From the NCBI GenBank assembly GCA_018669005.1, contig JABJAL010000020.1:3117-67116 (forward strand): a stretch of 64,000 bases of DNA, in the 5' to 3' direction. The notes under the pieces were generated by a model that made no database searches, was not told the origin of the DNA, and was given only the letters and a program-made list of their open reading frames with translations. Shown here piece by piece: positions 29,442-38,928 of the stretch. The stretch is from Nitrospinaceae bacterium (GTDB taxonomy: Bacteria; UBA8248). Every line of letters starts with the position of its first letter. Position 1 is the first letter of the stretch. The translations under genes and the position numbers were made by a program.

Positions 29442-30362
29442 CTAGAGCGTGTCCGGATCTTCATCAATAACCAATTCGGCGAATTTCATATCGACGCCCG
29501 CATCATATGGGATCCCCTCCCGGATCAGAGCGCCCGAAATGCACGATGCCCGGAGCCGCTCGTAGCCCTCGCGCTCCAGCATAGGTGTTTTGTTCCATAT
29601 ACCAAGTGACTTATAGCGAGCAATAGCCCGGGACAGAAGATCATGAGACATTTCGGGAAAGTAGGAAGCAATGCACCCGGCAAATGCCTCGGCGCTGTTG
29701 TTGTCAATCCATTTTTGGGTGCGGTACATGGCCCGGGTCATTTTCAAAAGCGCATCCGGCTCACGCTCCAAGAATTCTTTTGTTGTATTAAAGGCGGTGT
29801 ATGTCGTCAGCCCGCGAGAGGCCGCTGCAAACCATATCTGGAAATTCCCTTCTACAAGCAACTCCTCGGCAAAAGGCTGAAACACCTGGACCGCATCAAT
29901 TTCACCTGCGCGGAGGGCCTCGGCGTTCTCCGTCATTGAACGATCGGCTATACGCTCAAGAGCCCCCGGCTCCACTCCCGCTTGGAGAAGATCATGCTGA
30001 AAACACATCCATGGCGTTGGCACCTCGCTCACGGTGGCAATCCTCTTTCCGGCATATCCGGAAAACCCTCCCTCCGGCACCGCCCCGCGACCAACGAGAA
30101 AAAACGGGTCCCGCGCCACGACCTCGCAAAACGAGACAAGACCGCAATCAGGATTCGAATCTCCTGCCACGAGCACGCGCATGGGACCGCCCCAGAAGAC
30201 ATCCCCGTCTCCAGAAAGAACGGCCTTCGATGTCTGGGCAGGCCCGGAGGATTTTTTGTGCGCCACCTCGACGCCCTCGGCCTCATAGGCCCCAAGGGAA
30301 AATGCCGCATAGAAAGGCGCATAAAACACGGCCCGGAAATTTTCAATCAGACCGATGGCCAC
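29442..30362 (-). CDS. NMT1/THI5-like periplasmic-binding-fold protein
   Basis: FRAVFYAPFY, GGPMR, RDPFFLVGR, PTPW.C, FQPFAE; no signal peptide seen. Confidence 0.8.
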   Translation of the reverse strand: MAIGLIENFRAVFYAPFYAAFSLGAYEAEGVEVAHKKSSGPAQTSKAVLSGDGDVFWGGPMRVLVAGDSNPDCGLVSFCEVVARDPFFLVGRGAVPEGGFSGYAGKRIATVSEVPTPWMCFQHDLLQAGVEPGALERIADRSMTENAEALRAGEIDAVQVFQPFAEELLVEGNFQIWFAAASRGLTTYTAFNTTKEFLEREPDALLKMTRAMYRTQKWIDNNSAEAFAGCIASYFPEMSHDLLSRAIARYKSLGIWNKTPMLEREGYERLRASCISGALIREGIPYDAGVDMKFAELVIDEDPDTL

Positions 30363-30419
30363 CTATTTTCTCCCTTCAAAAGGTTTGAAACATCAAACTA
30401 ATTGGCCATACGTCTGACC

Positions 30420-30457
30420 GCAACCCCTATGGGGGCGCAACCCCTGTGGGGGCGCAA
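30420..30457. repeat. 17-bp tandem repeat, 2.2 copies, each with a CCCC-N3-GGGG hairpin
   Basis: GCAACCCCTATGGGGGC GCAACCCCTGTGGGGGC GCAA. Confidence 0.8.
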
Positions 30458-30545
30458 TTCCAGCAGGGGATAAAGTACATACCTGGGCATTGACATCCTA
30501 CCACCCTCCAGCGGATTGTATTCTGAAATGCCAGAGGATCGTAAT

Positions 30546-31478
30546 ATGAGCTACCAGAGGAAATTTCGCCTGATCACCCGCCATGACTTTGACGGCCTGG
30601 TAGGTGCGGTTCTTCTTAAAGAACTCGGAATGATCGATGAAATTGAATTCGCCCATCCCAAGGACATGCAAGATGGCAAGGTGAATGTCAGCGACCGCGA
30701 CATCATCACGAACCTTCCTTATACAGAAGGCGCCTACCTCGTTTTTGATCACCATCTAAGCGAGGCAAATCGCGTACCATCGAAGGGAAACTACATATTC
30801 GACCCAAATGCGCCATCAGCCGCCCAGGTGGTGTACGACCACTTTGGGGCAGAGTCCGTGTTTCCGGGCTATGTGCAAGAGATGCTCGCGGCCGTCAACA
30901 AGACGGACTCGGGTCTTTTTACGCGTGAAGAAATACTGCGTCCGCGCGGCTGGATACTTCTTCATTTCTTGCTCGACCCCAGAACCGGACTTGGGCGATT
31001 CAGGAATTTTGAGAAAACCGACCAGGCGCTAATGCTAAATCTGACAGACAATTGCCGCAAACAACCTATCGAGCAGGTGATGAATCATTTTGACGTAACC
31101 GAGCGCTCGGATCGCTACTTCGTTCTTGAGGAGAAATTCAAGGAGCAACTTGAGTCCTGTGCACGCCACAACGAAAAAACGCTTGTAATCGATCTTCGGG
31201 AGCAGGATGTAATCTTTGCGGGAAACCGCTTTTGGCCCTATGTCCTGTTTCCCGAGAGCAACATTTCGATTCATGTCATTTGGGGCCAGGGGAAAAAGAA
31301 CACAGTATTTGCTGTTGGAAAATCCATTTTTGATAGGAGCTCCCCATATAATATCGGGGTGCGAATGTTTGAGCGGGGCGGCGGCGGCCATGAGGCGGCC
31401 GGGACCTGCCAGGTCCCCAACGAGAGGGCAGATGAAATCCTGGAAGAAATTATCCGGGAAATATCCTCAACTAGCTGA
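30546..31478 (+). CDS. DHH family phosphoesterase (nanoRNase/exopolyphosphatase-related)
   Basis: TRHDFDGLV, HPKDMQDG, FDHH, DPRTGLGR, GGGGHEAAGTCQ. Confidence 0.9.
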   Translation: MSYQRKFRLITRHDFDGLVGAVLLKELGMIDEIEFAHPKDMQDGKVNVSDRDIITNLPYTEGAYLVFDHHLSEANRVPSKGNYIFDPNAPSAAQVVYDHFGAESVFPGYVQEMLAAVNKTDSGLFTREEILRPRGWILLHFLLDPRTGLGRFRNFEKTDQALMLNLTDNCRKQPIEQVMNHFDVTERSDRYFVLEEKFKEQLESCARHNEKTLVIDLREQDVIFAGNRFWPYVLFPESNISIHVIWGQGKKNTVFAVGKSIFDRSSPYNIGVRMFERGGGGHEAAGTCQVPNERADEILEEIIREISSTS

Positions 31479-31563
31479 AATCAAACCCAAAACACCACAT
31501 TTCATTTCCCTTGAAACACACTTTTCATCAACATGAAATTTCAATTCCCAGCTCAGATTCCAT

Positions 31564-31595
31564 AAAAAAAAAGAGCGGGGCTCGGCGCCCCACTC
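31564..31595 (-). terminator. Strong intrinsic terminator on the minus strand with no adjacent minus-strand gene
   Basis: Minus strand GAGTGGGGC-GCCGA-GCCCCGCTC then T9; the G-U pair only works in this orientation. Confidence 0.8.
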
Positions 31596-31720
31596 GGTGG
31601 CCAGGAAGGTTGTAAGGGAGGATTTGAGAAAAAATCTTGAGAACTACTTGGCAGGGTCCTAGGTGAGCGTTGACCACTGACAAGAATCCTAACAAACACC
31701 CCTTTTCAATATGTCTAGAT
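31564..31720 (-). ncRNA. Candidate small RNA (5' end uncertain)
   Basis: Orphan terminator; CU-rich AAUCCUCCCUUAC stretch; no convincing ORF. Confidence 0.4.
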
Positions 31721-31946
31721 CTTGTCATGGACATGTAATGAAGTAGTAATTTCCCCAATATTTGGCACCAAATATCACTTACCCCCTAAAACAAATGATG
31801 TTTTCAGGCATTGGGTTAAAGTATTTTATGTCTTGATTTCCACCTCATTTTGTATCAGGATTACTTAAACAATAAATCCGCCCAATATAAAAATTGCTGA
31901 TCGCACCTTTGCGTACCCTTTTTCCGCGCCCGGAAAGAGCCGCGAG

Positions 31947-32192
31947 ATGATGAACTATAGAAGAGAATTGTTCCGTGAAATGATCGGATCGACCACTGAA
32001 ACCACCCCGAACAAAGAACTCCGTGAATGGAGCCGTTTGATGCAGGATAGGGAACGGAGAATATTTGACCTCATGGACAAAGAGGCCTCTCAGCGCCTAT
32101 CGAGCGGCACCTCCCTCCCCACACATGAAGACAAGATGAACGAAACCATCAAAAAGGGAATGTGGGTGCCACCTACGAAATCGAATAAATAA
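31947..32192 (+). CDS. Hypothetical small protein
   Basis: 81-aa charged helical ORF filling an intergenic gap; no motif recognised. Confidence 0.5.
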   Translation: MMNYRRELFREMIGSTTETTPNKELREWSRLMQDRERRIFDLMDKEASQRLSSGTSLPTHEDKMNETIKKGMWVPPTKSNK

Positions 32193-32245
32193 AAAAGAGA
32201 ATTCAAATCCAAGGATAATTACGCAAGACGAACTCCCCCTTCCGG

Positions 32246-32728
32246 CTACCCACCAGCGGCGGGGGGATTTTTTAGTTGCTCGTCTGCTTGCCTAAGCTTA
32301 CTGGAGAGCTGCAGTGCGATATTGCAGGCTATCTTAAATCCAAGAGCGGGCACTTTGGTTTCTAAAATTTCCCGAGACACGGAAAACACTTCGGCCTTTT
32401 CCGAAACACTGGCAGAGGCATTTCGTCCTTCATGTTCGAGAATGCCCATCTCACCGAATATTTGCCCCGTTCGCAAACGTGAGAATTCCTGCCCTCCGGC
32501 CGTGATAACGATTTCGCCCGAGAGAATAAGAAAAAAATCTTCAGCGTCATCTCCCTCATTGAAAATCGTGGCCCCCTCGTCAAATTCTTGCCGATGGCAT
32601 AAACGAAGAAATTGATAAATTTCATCATCCTGCATATCGGCAAAAAAACCGTAATTTCCCTTTAGATTGGCGATATAGTGAGGATGGTCTTGGATCGGAA
32701 CACCACTTCCATCAATTTCATCAGACAT
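32246..32728 (-). CDS. Stand-alone cyclic-nucleotide-binding domain protein
   Basis: IFNEGD....FLILSGEI, FGEMGIL...RNASA; no HTH. Confidence 0.88.
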   Translation of the reverse strand: MSDEIDGSGVPIQDHPHYIANLKGNYGFFADMQDDEIYQFLRLCHRQEFDEGATIFNEGDDAEDFFLILSGEIVITAGGQEFSRLRTGQIFGEMGILEHEGRNASASVSEKAEVFSVSREILETKVPALGFKIACNIALQLSSKLRQADEQLKNPPAAGG

Positions 32729-33034
32729 TGGCGATTACTCCCCTCGTTCAGGGTGTTAGTCACAAGGTCGGCACCCTATATGCCGCTGCCACGCAACAAC
32801 ACCAAAAGGAATAAAAAGCTCGACTTCATCCAAATAACTGGCCGTATTCTAACATTAATTCTTTATTATAGTCATACATCTACTTTTAACGCTTTACATC
32901 TTTATTCTGAGGGGAGAGAAAAACAAGCTCCCGCTCAACCCCAAAGCCATACACCACGGGACTTTTATTTTTTTCATCCGATAACCAATCAATTTTCTTT
33001 ATCCAATATTTTTTTTGATCTCTTGAATTATGCT

Positions 33035-33733
33035 CTAAAGCAAGCTTCGAATGTCTATTCTTAATTTCTTCAAGGAATCAGGATCGTTGCTGTGATAATA
33101 ACCTCTAATTTGTGCCGACTGATCCACGAGAACAAAACGTGAACTGTGAGTAATTTCAACACCTAGTTTTTTATTTTCCCCATGGTCATGGTTTGCATGT
33201 GCAGAGGCTGTCGGAACCAGAATATTTCCAATTATCGTCGCCACGCTATTTTTTGAATTGAAAATCGGAAGATGAGAAGCGCCGCTAATCGCGATAGCCA
33301 GCCTGAACCCTTTCATAACAAGATTTTGAATTCTCTTCTTCTCCCCCGTAAGAAAGAACCATTTCTGGGGGTCTGCATTAAATCGTTCGGCATATTTCTT
33401 CAGGACAAGAGGGCTGTCGAAGTCCGGATCGGCGGTGATGCTGACGAGCCGGAAATTGAGTTCACTCTCAAAATCTTTCTGTAGACTGGCCATTTCTGCA
33501 GATTCGAGGGGGCATGTATCCTCGCAACGGGTAAAAATAAAATCAGATACCCATACCTTTCCTTTCAAAGTGCTTAATTCTACTGACTTCCCTTCCGAGT
33601 CGATCAAAGAAAAATCAGGGAGATCGCCATAGACGGGCAACCTTGAAAAATCCTTCTGGACAAACCAAAGGGCGCCCACCAGAAGGGTTAAAATAATTAC
33701 TGGAAATACGACAATCTTTCCGGGACTTTTCAC
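33035..33733 (-). CDS. SCO family copper chaperone
   Basis: N-terminal TM, FIFTRCEDTCP (CxxxC), ITADP..D, THSSRFVLVD...IRGYY. Confidence 0.9.
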   Translation of the reverse strand: MKSPGKIVVFPVIILTLLVGALWFVQKDFSRLPVYGDLPDFSLIDSEGKSVELSTLKGKVWVSDFIFTRCEDTCPLESAEMASLQKDFESELNFRLVSITADPDFDSPLVLKKYAERFNADPQKWFFLTGEKKRIQNLVMKGFRLAIAISGASHLPIFNSKNSVATIIGNILVPTASAHANHDHGENKKLGVEITHSSRFVLVDQSAQIRGYYHSNDPDSLKKLRIDIRSLL

Positions 33734-33781
33734 AAATCCTTCTCTTTCTTATTTTGAAGCAACACATGTCGCAAGTAACGA

Positions 33782-34966
33782 TTAGGCAGGGCTCTCCAAT
33801 GTATTCGCCGCCTCCAGCAAGGTGGCAGAATCCGTTCCATCCCCATGGAGGAACGTTAGGATGTCTCGCACAATTTTCTCACTCGGCCCTTCGCGCATTA
33901 TTCCCATTCCACCGAGAACATCGAGCCCCAGTTCGATGGTCTTCAGACCCACCTTATCGCTGAATACCTTGCCAGATCGGGTAAACCGAGAGGTGAATGT
34001 CTCGTCATTTTCAGCCCCCCAGCAGATTCGCCACATGAACTGTTCTGCCACCTCGATGTTCATGATCATCTCGGCAAGCATATGGCGAATCGTCAGGTGC
34101 TCGATGATGGGCTTGCCGCCCTGAACACGTTCCTTGGCATGTTCATAACAAATTTTGTAAAGACTGCGGGCAAGACCCGTATTACAGGCTGCGAGCTCGG
34201 CACTACCCCGGAAGGCATGGGCTCGGACGGCAGCGGCGCCGTTTACTTCTCCTAAAACGTTATCCCTATGAACACGTACGTTGTCGTAGTAACTCTCCCT
34301 ATTCGGGTAGAGGCGGTAGCCCATTTTGTTATGAGTTTGGCCAAAAGAAATTCCTTCCTCAGAGCCATCGAGAAGAAATGCGGTTACACCTTTATTCATC
34401 GGGGCATCGGGGTCGGTCCGCGCATAAAAAACAATCAACTTCGATTCGCCAATGAGTGAGGTGTAGCGTTTAGCACCGTTGATGACGAAATGATCTCCGT
34501 CTTTAACGGCTGTTGTCCGCATGCCGAGTTTGGGATCGCCGCCATGTAGGCGATTTTCGGTACTGTGGTCGGGTTCGGTCGAGGCGAGGGAGCAAACGGC
34601 ATTATCATCGGCGGCGAATTTCGGAAACCAATGGTCCTTCTGAGCCTTGGTGCCGGCCTTCGAGAGAATTGTTGTGGCTTTCCAGCACTGGCTCAGGCAT
34701 TTAATCGTTCCAACCTCTATCTGAGCGCCTTCCCAGAGGGCGAGCGTTTTTGTGAAGATATCAGCGTCCATCCCGCCATATTCCTCAGGCAACGCTATCG
34801 TGCGAAGCCCGAGCTTTGAGGCCTTGTTGATCAACTCTTTTGGATAGCAATCCTTGGGGTCCGGGCGGGCATCTATCTCACCGCCGACGGGGGCCACCTC
34901 GCGCTCCATAAAATTGCGGGCCAACTCTGCGATTGCCAGTTGTTCATCTGTAAATGGATATTGCAT
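33782..34966 (-). CDS. Acyl-CoA dehydrogenase family protein
   Basis: PEEYGG, STEPD, INGAKRYTS, KMGYR, RVQGGKPI, LGGMGIM. Confidence 0.88.
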   Translation of the reverse strand: MQYPFTDEQLAIAELARNFMEREVAPVGGEIDARPDPKDCYPKELINKASKLGLRTIALPEEYGGMDADIFTKTLALWEGAQIEVGTIKCLSQCWKATTILSKAGTKAQKDHWFPKFAADDNAVCSLASTEPDHSTENRLHGGDPKLGMRTTAVKDGDHFVINGAKRYTSLIGESKLIVFYARTDPDAPMNKGVTAFLLDGSEEGISFGQTHNKMGYRLYPNRESYYDNVRVHRDNVLGEVNGAAAVRAHAFRGSAELAACNTGLARSLYKICYEHAKERVQGGKPIIEHLTIRHMLAEMIMNIEVAEQFMWRICWGAENDETFTSRFTRSGKVFSDKVGLKTIELGLDVLGGMGIMREGPSEKIVRDILTFLHGDGTDSATLLEAANTLESPA

Positions 34967-35085
34967 GTGAGTGCTCCCCTCCCTAGAAAAAACGGATAAA
35001 AAAATTCGGTTTCAAACTTTAAAATTGGTATATTTCCGAATCGATATCAAACTCATCGAGCCTACAAACTTGCGCGACCGCGCCA

Positions 35086-36075
35086 TTATGCGAAGTCGCT
35101 TGCCCAGAGCCCGGCGAGGCGCTCAACAGATGCCTCTGAAAGGCCGGGAGCTCCTGAGCATGCGACCGTCTCCTCGACCTCGGCTACACTGGCGCAACCG
35201 GCCAGGGCAGCCGAGATTTCAGGCCGCATCAGTGCGAACCGGAAGGCCGCCTGGGAGAGGGAACAAGTCTCTGCCTCGGCAAGCCAGGCCAGCTTTTGGC
35301 CCCTTTCAACATCACGGGAATAACCAGAGCCCGGCGAGAGGGAGCGCGGCTCTTTTCCGCCGGTCTTCGGGCTAGCCACCAGGGCGCCCCGTGCAAGAAC
35401 GCGAATGGCAAAAATGCCCATCCCCTGCTCGGCGGCTTTTAGGAGGAGTCCACCGTAGTCGAGCGGCTCATAGCCCGCGGGGGCAGGATAGGCGGCTGTC
35501 GGGTTAAGCAAATTGTAGTAGACCTGGATTGAGTGCAACATGCCGCTCATAACGAGGACGTGGAGGGACTCGGGCCGCCCGAGGCCGGTGAAGCCGAAAA
35601 AACGGACTTTCCCTTTATCTTTCAATATCTTAAAGCCATCTACTACCCCGCCAGGATCAAGCACCTCCTCAGGCGTAATCGAGATATCCCCCCACTGGCC
35701 CTCGGGCGCCACATGGTCGTGGAGCTGGATGAGGTCCACAGATTTTCGCCGCAGGCGCGCGAGGCTCTCCTCGACCGAGGCAACCACTGCGCCTGCAATA
35801 TCCCCGGGCCTATCGGCCCCCAGACGCACCTTGGTTGAGAGCGTCACCTCCGCCTCCAGCTTTTCAAGTGCACGTCCCAAATTCGACTCCGAGCGCCCAT
35901 CGCCATAGGAGGACGCCGTATCGAAGTGGGTAATCCCCAGCTCCAACGCCCGCCTCACCACGCGAAAATGCTCCTCTTCCCGCTCATTGTCCGTCATCAG
36001 GCCGCCGACGGCCCCGCCGCCAAACGAAACTTCCGAAACTTTGAGACCCGTATTTCCCAGCTTCCGGTAGCGCAT
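35086..36075 (-). CDS. Aldo/keto reductase
   Basis: RKLGNTGLKVS, FDTASSYGDG.SE, STK, DLIQLH. Confidence 0.92.
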   Translation of the reverse strand: MRYRKLGNTGLKVSEVSFGGGAVGGLMTDNEREEEHFRVVRRALELGITHFDTASSYGDGRSESNLGRALEKLEAEVTLSTKVRLGADRPGDIAGAVVASVEESLARLRRKSVDLIQLHDHVAPEGQWGDISITPEEVLDPGGVVDGFKILKDKGKVRFFGFTGLGRPESLHVLVMSGMLHSIQVYYNLLNPTAAYPAPAGYEPLDYGGLLLKAAEQGMGIFAIRVLARGALVASPKTGGKEPRSLSPGSGYSRDVERGQKLAWLAEAETCSLSQAAFRFALMRPEISAALAGCASVAEVEETVACSGAPGLSEASVERLAGLWASDFA

Positions 36076-36084
36076 TTCTTCACC

Positions 36085-36855
36085 TCAAACCATTGTGCTC
36101 CCGCCATTCACATCAAGCGTAACACCCGTTATATACCCACCCTCGCGGCTGCACAGAAATAAAATAGGCCATGCAATCTCCTCGGGCTCGCACATGCGCC
36201 GAAGAGGCGTTGTCTGCTCAATTTTCGCCGTCTGCGCCTCCGTTCGCATGGCCATCGTCCTCGGGGTGTTTACGCTTGCAGGCGCCACCGCGTTCACGGT
36301 AATCCCATTCGGGCCCAGTTCACGCGCAGCCTGCCGCGTCAGACCTAAAACCCCCGTTTTCGCCGAAGTATAGTGCGGAGAATGATTGCTCGATCGCGCC
36401 GCCGCGCTCGACAGCGTTACAATGCGCCCATACCCCGCCTTTATCATCAATGGCGCCGCCGCCTTGAGCAGATAAAACATCGACTTTAGATTGGCGTCCA
36501 TAACCCCTTCCCAATCCCCAACAGGCATGTCGATAAGGCTGATGTATCGCGGAAACCCGCCAGCGCTGTGAACCAGCACATCCAAACGCCCAACTCGGCT
36601 GTGAACCGCCTCCACCGCCTTCCGGGTCGCCTCAAAGTCGGTGAGATCCACTATCGATGTCGCAGCGTCTCCCCCCTTCCCCCGAATGTCGCCCGCAACA
36701 CGCTCGGCCCCCTTTTCATCAAAATCCATCACAGTGACAGAGGCGCCCTGCCGGGCGAAAAGATGCGAACACGACTCGCCAATACCCGTCGCCCCTCCTG
36801 TCACAATGACGCTTTGTCCATCAAAATTTAAAGTAGTGTTATCCACGGAACTCAC
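36085..36855 (-). CDS. SDR family oxidoreductase
   Basis: TGGATGIG, YTSAK, VNAVAP, DVNGG. Confidence 0.92.
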   Translation of the reverse strand: MSSVDNTTLNFDGQSVIVTGGATGIGESCSHLFARQGASVTVMDFDEKGAERVAGDIRGKGGDAATSIVDLTDFEATRKAVEAVHSRVGRLDVLVHSAGGFPRYISLIDMPVGDWEGVMDANLKSMFYLLKAAAPLMIKAGYGRIVTLSSAAARSSNHSPHYTSAKTGVLGLTRQAARELGPNGITVNAVAPASVNTPRTMAMRTEAQTAKIEQTTPLRRMCEPEEIAWPILFLCSREGGYITGVTLDVNGGSTMV

Positions 36856-36860
36856 CTCCC

Positions 36861-37754
36861 CTATACAGCTCGATTATCCAGGCCCGCCATCTCGCGCAAC
36901 ACCTCATAGAAAGCGACAGAATCCTTCTCCGCCAGCCCTTTGTTGTAGGCGGCCTGCGCTACCTGAGACCACACGCTCGTCACCATCATCGGCGAGCCGA
37001 AACGCTGGCCCTGCTCAAGCATGAGCCGCGAGTCTTTGAGCGAGATGCGCACCAACCCTTGAGGCGAATAATCCGCATCAAGCATCTTGGGGCCCTTGTC
37101 GATCATCGTCTTCGAGCTGCAAGCGCCATCCTTTAGAACCGTAAGGAGAGTTTCCATATCCATCCCGGCCTTCGTTCCGAGCACCAACCCCTCTCCCAGT
37201 GCCAGGCGATTGGCAGCAAGAATCAAGTTGATGATCAATTTGCACACTGAACCCGAACCTATGGGGCCCATGTGGTAGGCCCCGCGGCTCATGGCGGAAA
37301 AATAAGGTTTACAGGCATCAAAATCCGCCTTATCACCACCTGCGATTATGATAAGATCTTTCTCCCAGGCCATCGTACTTGTACCGCTCACAGCAGAGTC
37401 AAGAAAATGGATTCCTCGCTCGGCGAGTTCTGCGCCAAGACGCTCGGAATCCTCGGGCCGCGAAGTCGACGCATCGCAAAGAATAAATCCCTCCCCAGCA
37501 GATTCGACGATACCCCCATCTCCAAAAACCACCTCCCTGACGATATCGCTCGTGGGGAGTGATGTGACCATCCACTTCGCCCCCTTGGCTGCCTCTGCGG
37601 GTGACGACACGGGGATGCCCCCCCGTTCGGCAAATTCATCCACTCTTTTACCGTCAACATCAAAGCCCTGAACCTCAAAACCCGCCTCTATAAGATGCGC
37701 AGACAATGCCGACCCCATGAGGCCAATTCCGGCTATCCCAACTCGCTCACCCAT
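36861..37754 (-). CDS. NAD(P)-dependent beta-hydroxyacid dehydrogenase (3-hydroxyisobutyrate dehydrogenase family)
   Basis: GGAGG RBS; GIAGIGLMG, DASTSRP, DSAVSG, GSGSVCKL..N. Confidence 0.9.
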   Translation of the reverse strand: MGERVGIAGIGLMGSALSAHLIEAGFEVQGFDVDGKRVDEFAERGGIPVSSPAEAAKGAKWMVTSLPTSDIVREVVFGDGGIVESAGEGFILCDASTSRPEDSERLGAELAERGIHFLDSAVSGTSTMAWEKDLIIIAGGDKADFDACKPYFSAMSRGAYHMGPIGSGSVCKLIINLILAANRLALGEGLVLGTKAGMDMETLLTVLKDGACSSKTMIDKGPKMLDADYSPQGLVRISLKDSRLMLEQGQRFGSPMMVTSVWSQVAQAAYNKGLAEKDSVAFYEVLREMAGLDNRAV

Positions 37755-38027
37755 CACATACACCTCCTTCAAGAAAAAAAAGAATAAAACCCGACAAAAT
37801 GGCCGGGAGCAGATACAGGTCAACATCCAATATTATCGTCATAAAAAAGTGCAGGCCGCCTACCAAAAGGAGAACTACCGTCATTTTCATGATCATATTG
37901 GAAGCTGTATCGATAAGGTCAGATTACAATGGAGAATGAACCACCGGCAAGGCGTCCGTCGCATACAGAAGTGGAAAAATCGGACCCAGCTCAAGGTATC
38001 CGCCGGGCAATGAGCTTACTTACAATA

Positions 38028-38633
38028 CTATTTTGGCCATCCATCGGCCGTTTTATCATTTTCTTCGATATTTTTGGGAATAACGATATTTTCGTTTGCT
38101 TCCCGAAGCCTCGCCGACATCTGCTGGGCGACACCAAGCAAGACCTTGTAGGCCAAGGTGGGCATCCGGGTATTCAGAACTCGTACGGGGATAAAGAACA
38201 ATATCGTGGTCTCTGAAGCAGTAGCGGTTGCTGTGCGCGGAATGTTCTCCAAAAGCGCCATTTCGCCAAGCACTTCACCAGCATGAAGCCGCGCCACCTC
38301 CTTGTCATCCATTTCAATGACAACCTCACCCGACACAATGAGATAAAAATGGTCGGCAGAAGCGCCTTCCTTAAAAATAACAGCACTGGGCTCATAGGTT
38401 TCCTGTTTGCACATTCTAAGGAAATCACTGATTTCCCCCTCGCTCATTTCTGAGAAAAAATTATAATTTTTTTGAAGCTTATGAATCAGCTTCAATAAAT
38501 TAGCGGGAATGATAGGACGGGCTTTTAAGGTGCGTCCCTGGGGAGCTTTTGCTCCTGCAGGATCATTTTCGGTTTCAACGTTACCGCTCATGGAAACTAT
38601 CCCCTCTAGGGATTCGTTGAAATCATTCGCCAC
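38028..38633 (-). CDS. Stand-alone cyclic-nucleotide-binding domain protein (paralog of 32246..32728)
   Basis: IFKEG....FYLIVSGEV, LGEMALLE..PRTATA; start codon uncertain. Confidence 0.88.
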   Translation of the reverse strand: MANDFNESLEGIVSMSGNVETENDPAGAKAPQGRTLKARPIIPANLLKLIHKLQKNYNFFSEMSEGEISDFLRMCKQETYEPSAVIFKEGASADHFYLIVSGEVVIEMDDKEVARLHAGEVLGEMALLENIPRTATATASETTILFFIPVRVLNTRMPTLAYKVLLGVAQQMSARLREANENIVIPKNIEENDKTADGWPK

Positions 38634-38704
38634 TCATCTCAGATTAAAACATCCGCGATAAAACTTAACAACAACATACTACAATCATACACCATAATGA
38701 CATA

Positions 38705-38721
38705 TGTGACGGCGATCTCTT
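38705..38721. promoter_or_regulatory. CRP/FNR-family-like site TGTGA-N6-TCTCT
   Basis: TGTGACGGCGATCTCTT between divergent cNMP-binding and PilZ genes. Confidence 0.4.
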
Positions 38722-38928
38722 TTTTGAAATAAATTCATTTTGATATTTAAACTATTTTGATTATCTGAATTGAAAACATAAAGCCTGTCCTGAATTTCTT
38801 GCTACATTGTAATCGAGCATTTTCCATAGCAAAAGAAATTGCACTGACCGTATTCGTCTTCTTCTTCCTTATGCACAAAAACATTTCGCTTAGCAAGAAC
38901 ATGATACTCGAATAAATGGAGACGCCCG

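Noticed and set aside
30420..30457. Possible CRISPR array
   Set aside because: Units are 17 bp, directly adjacent with no spacers, and no cas genes are present.
33011..33027. Third copy of the CRP-like motif (GATCTCTTGA)
   Set aside because: Only the right half matches; the TGTGA half-site is absent.
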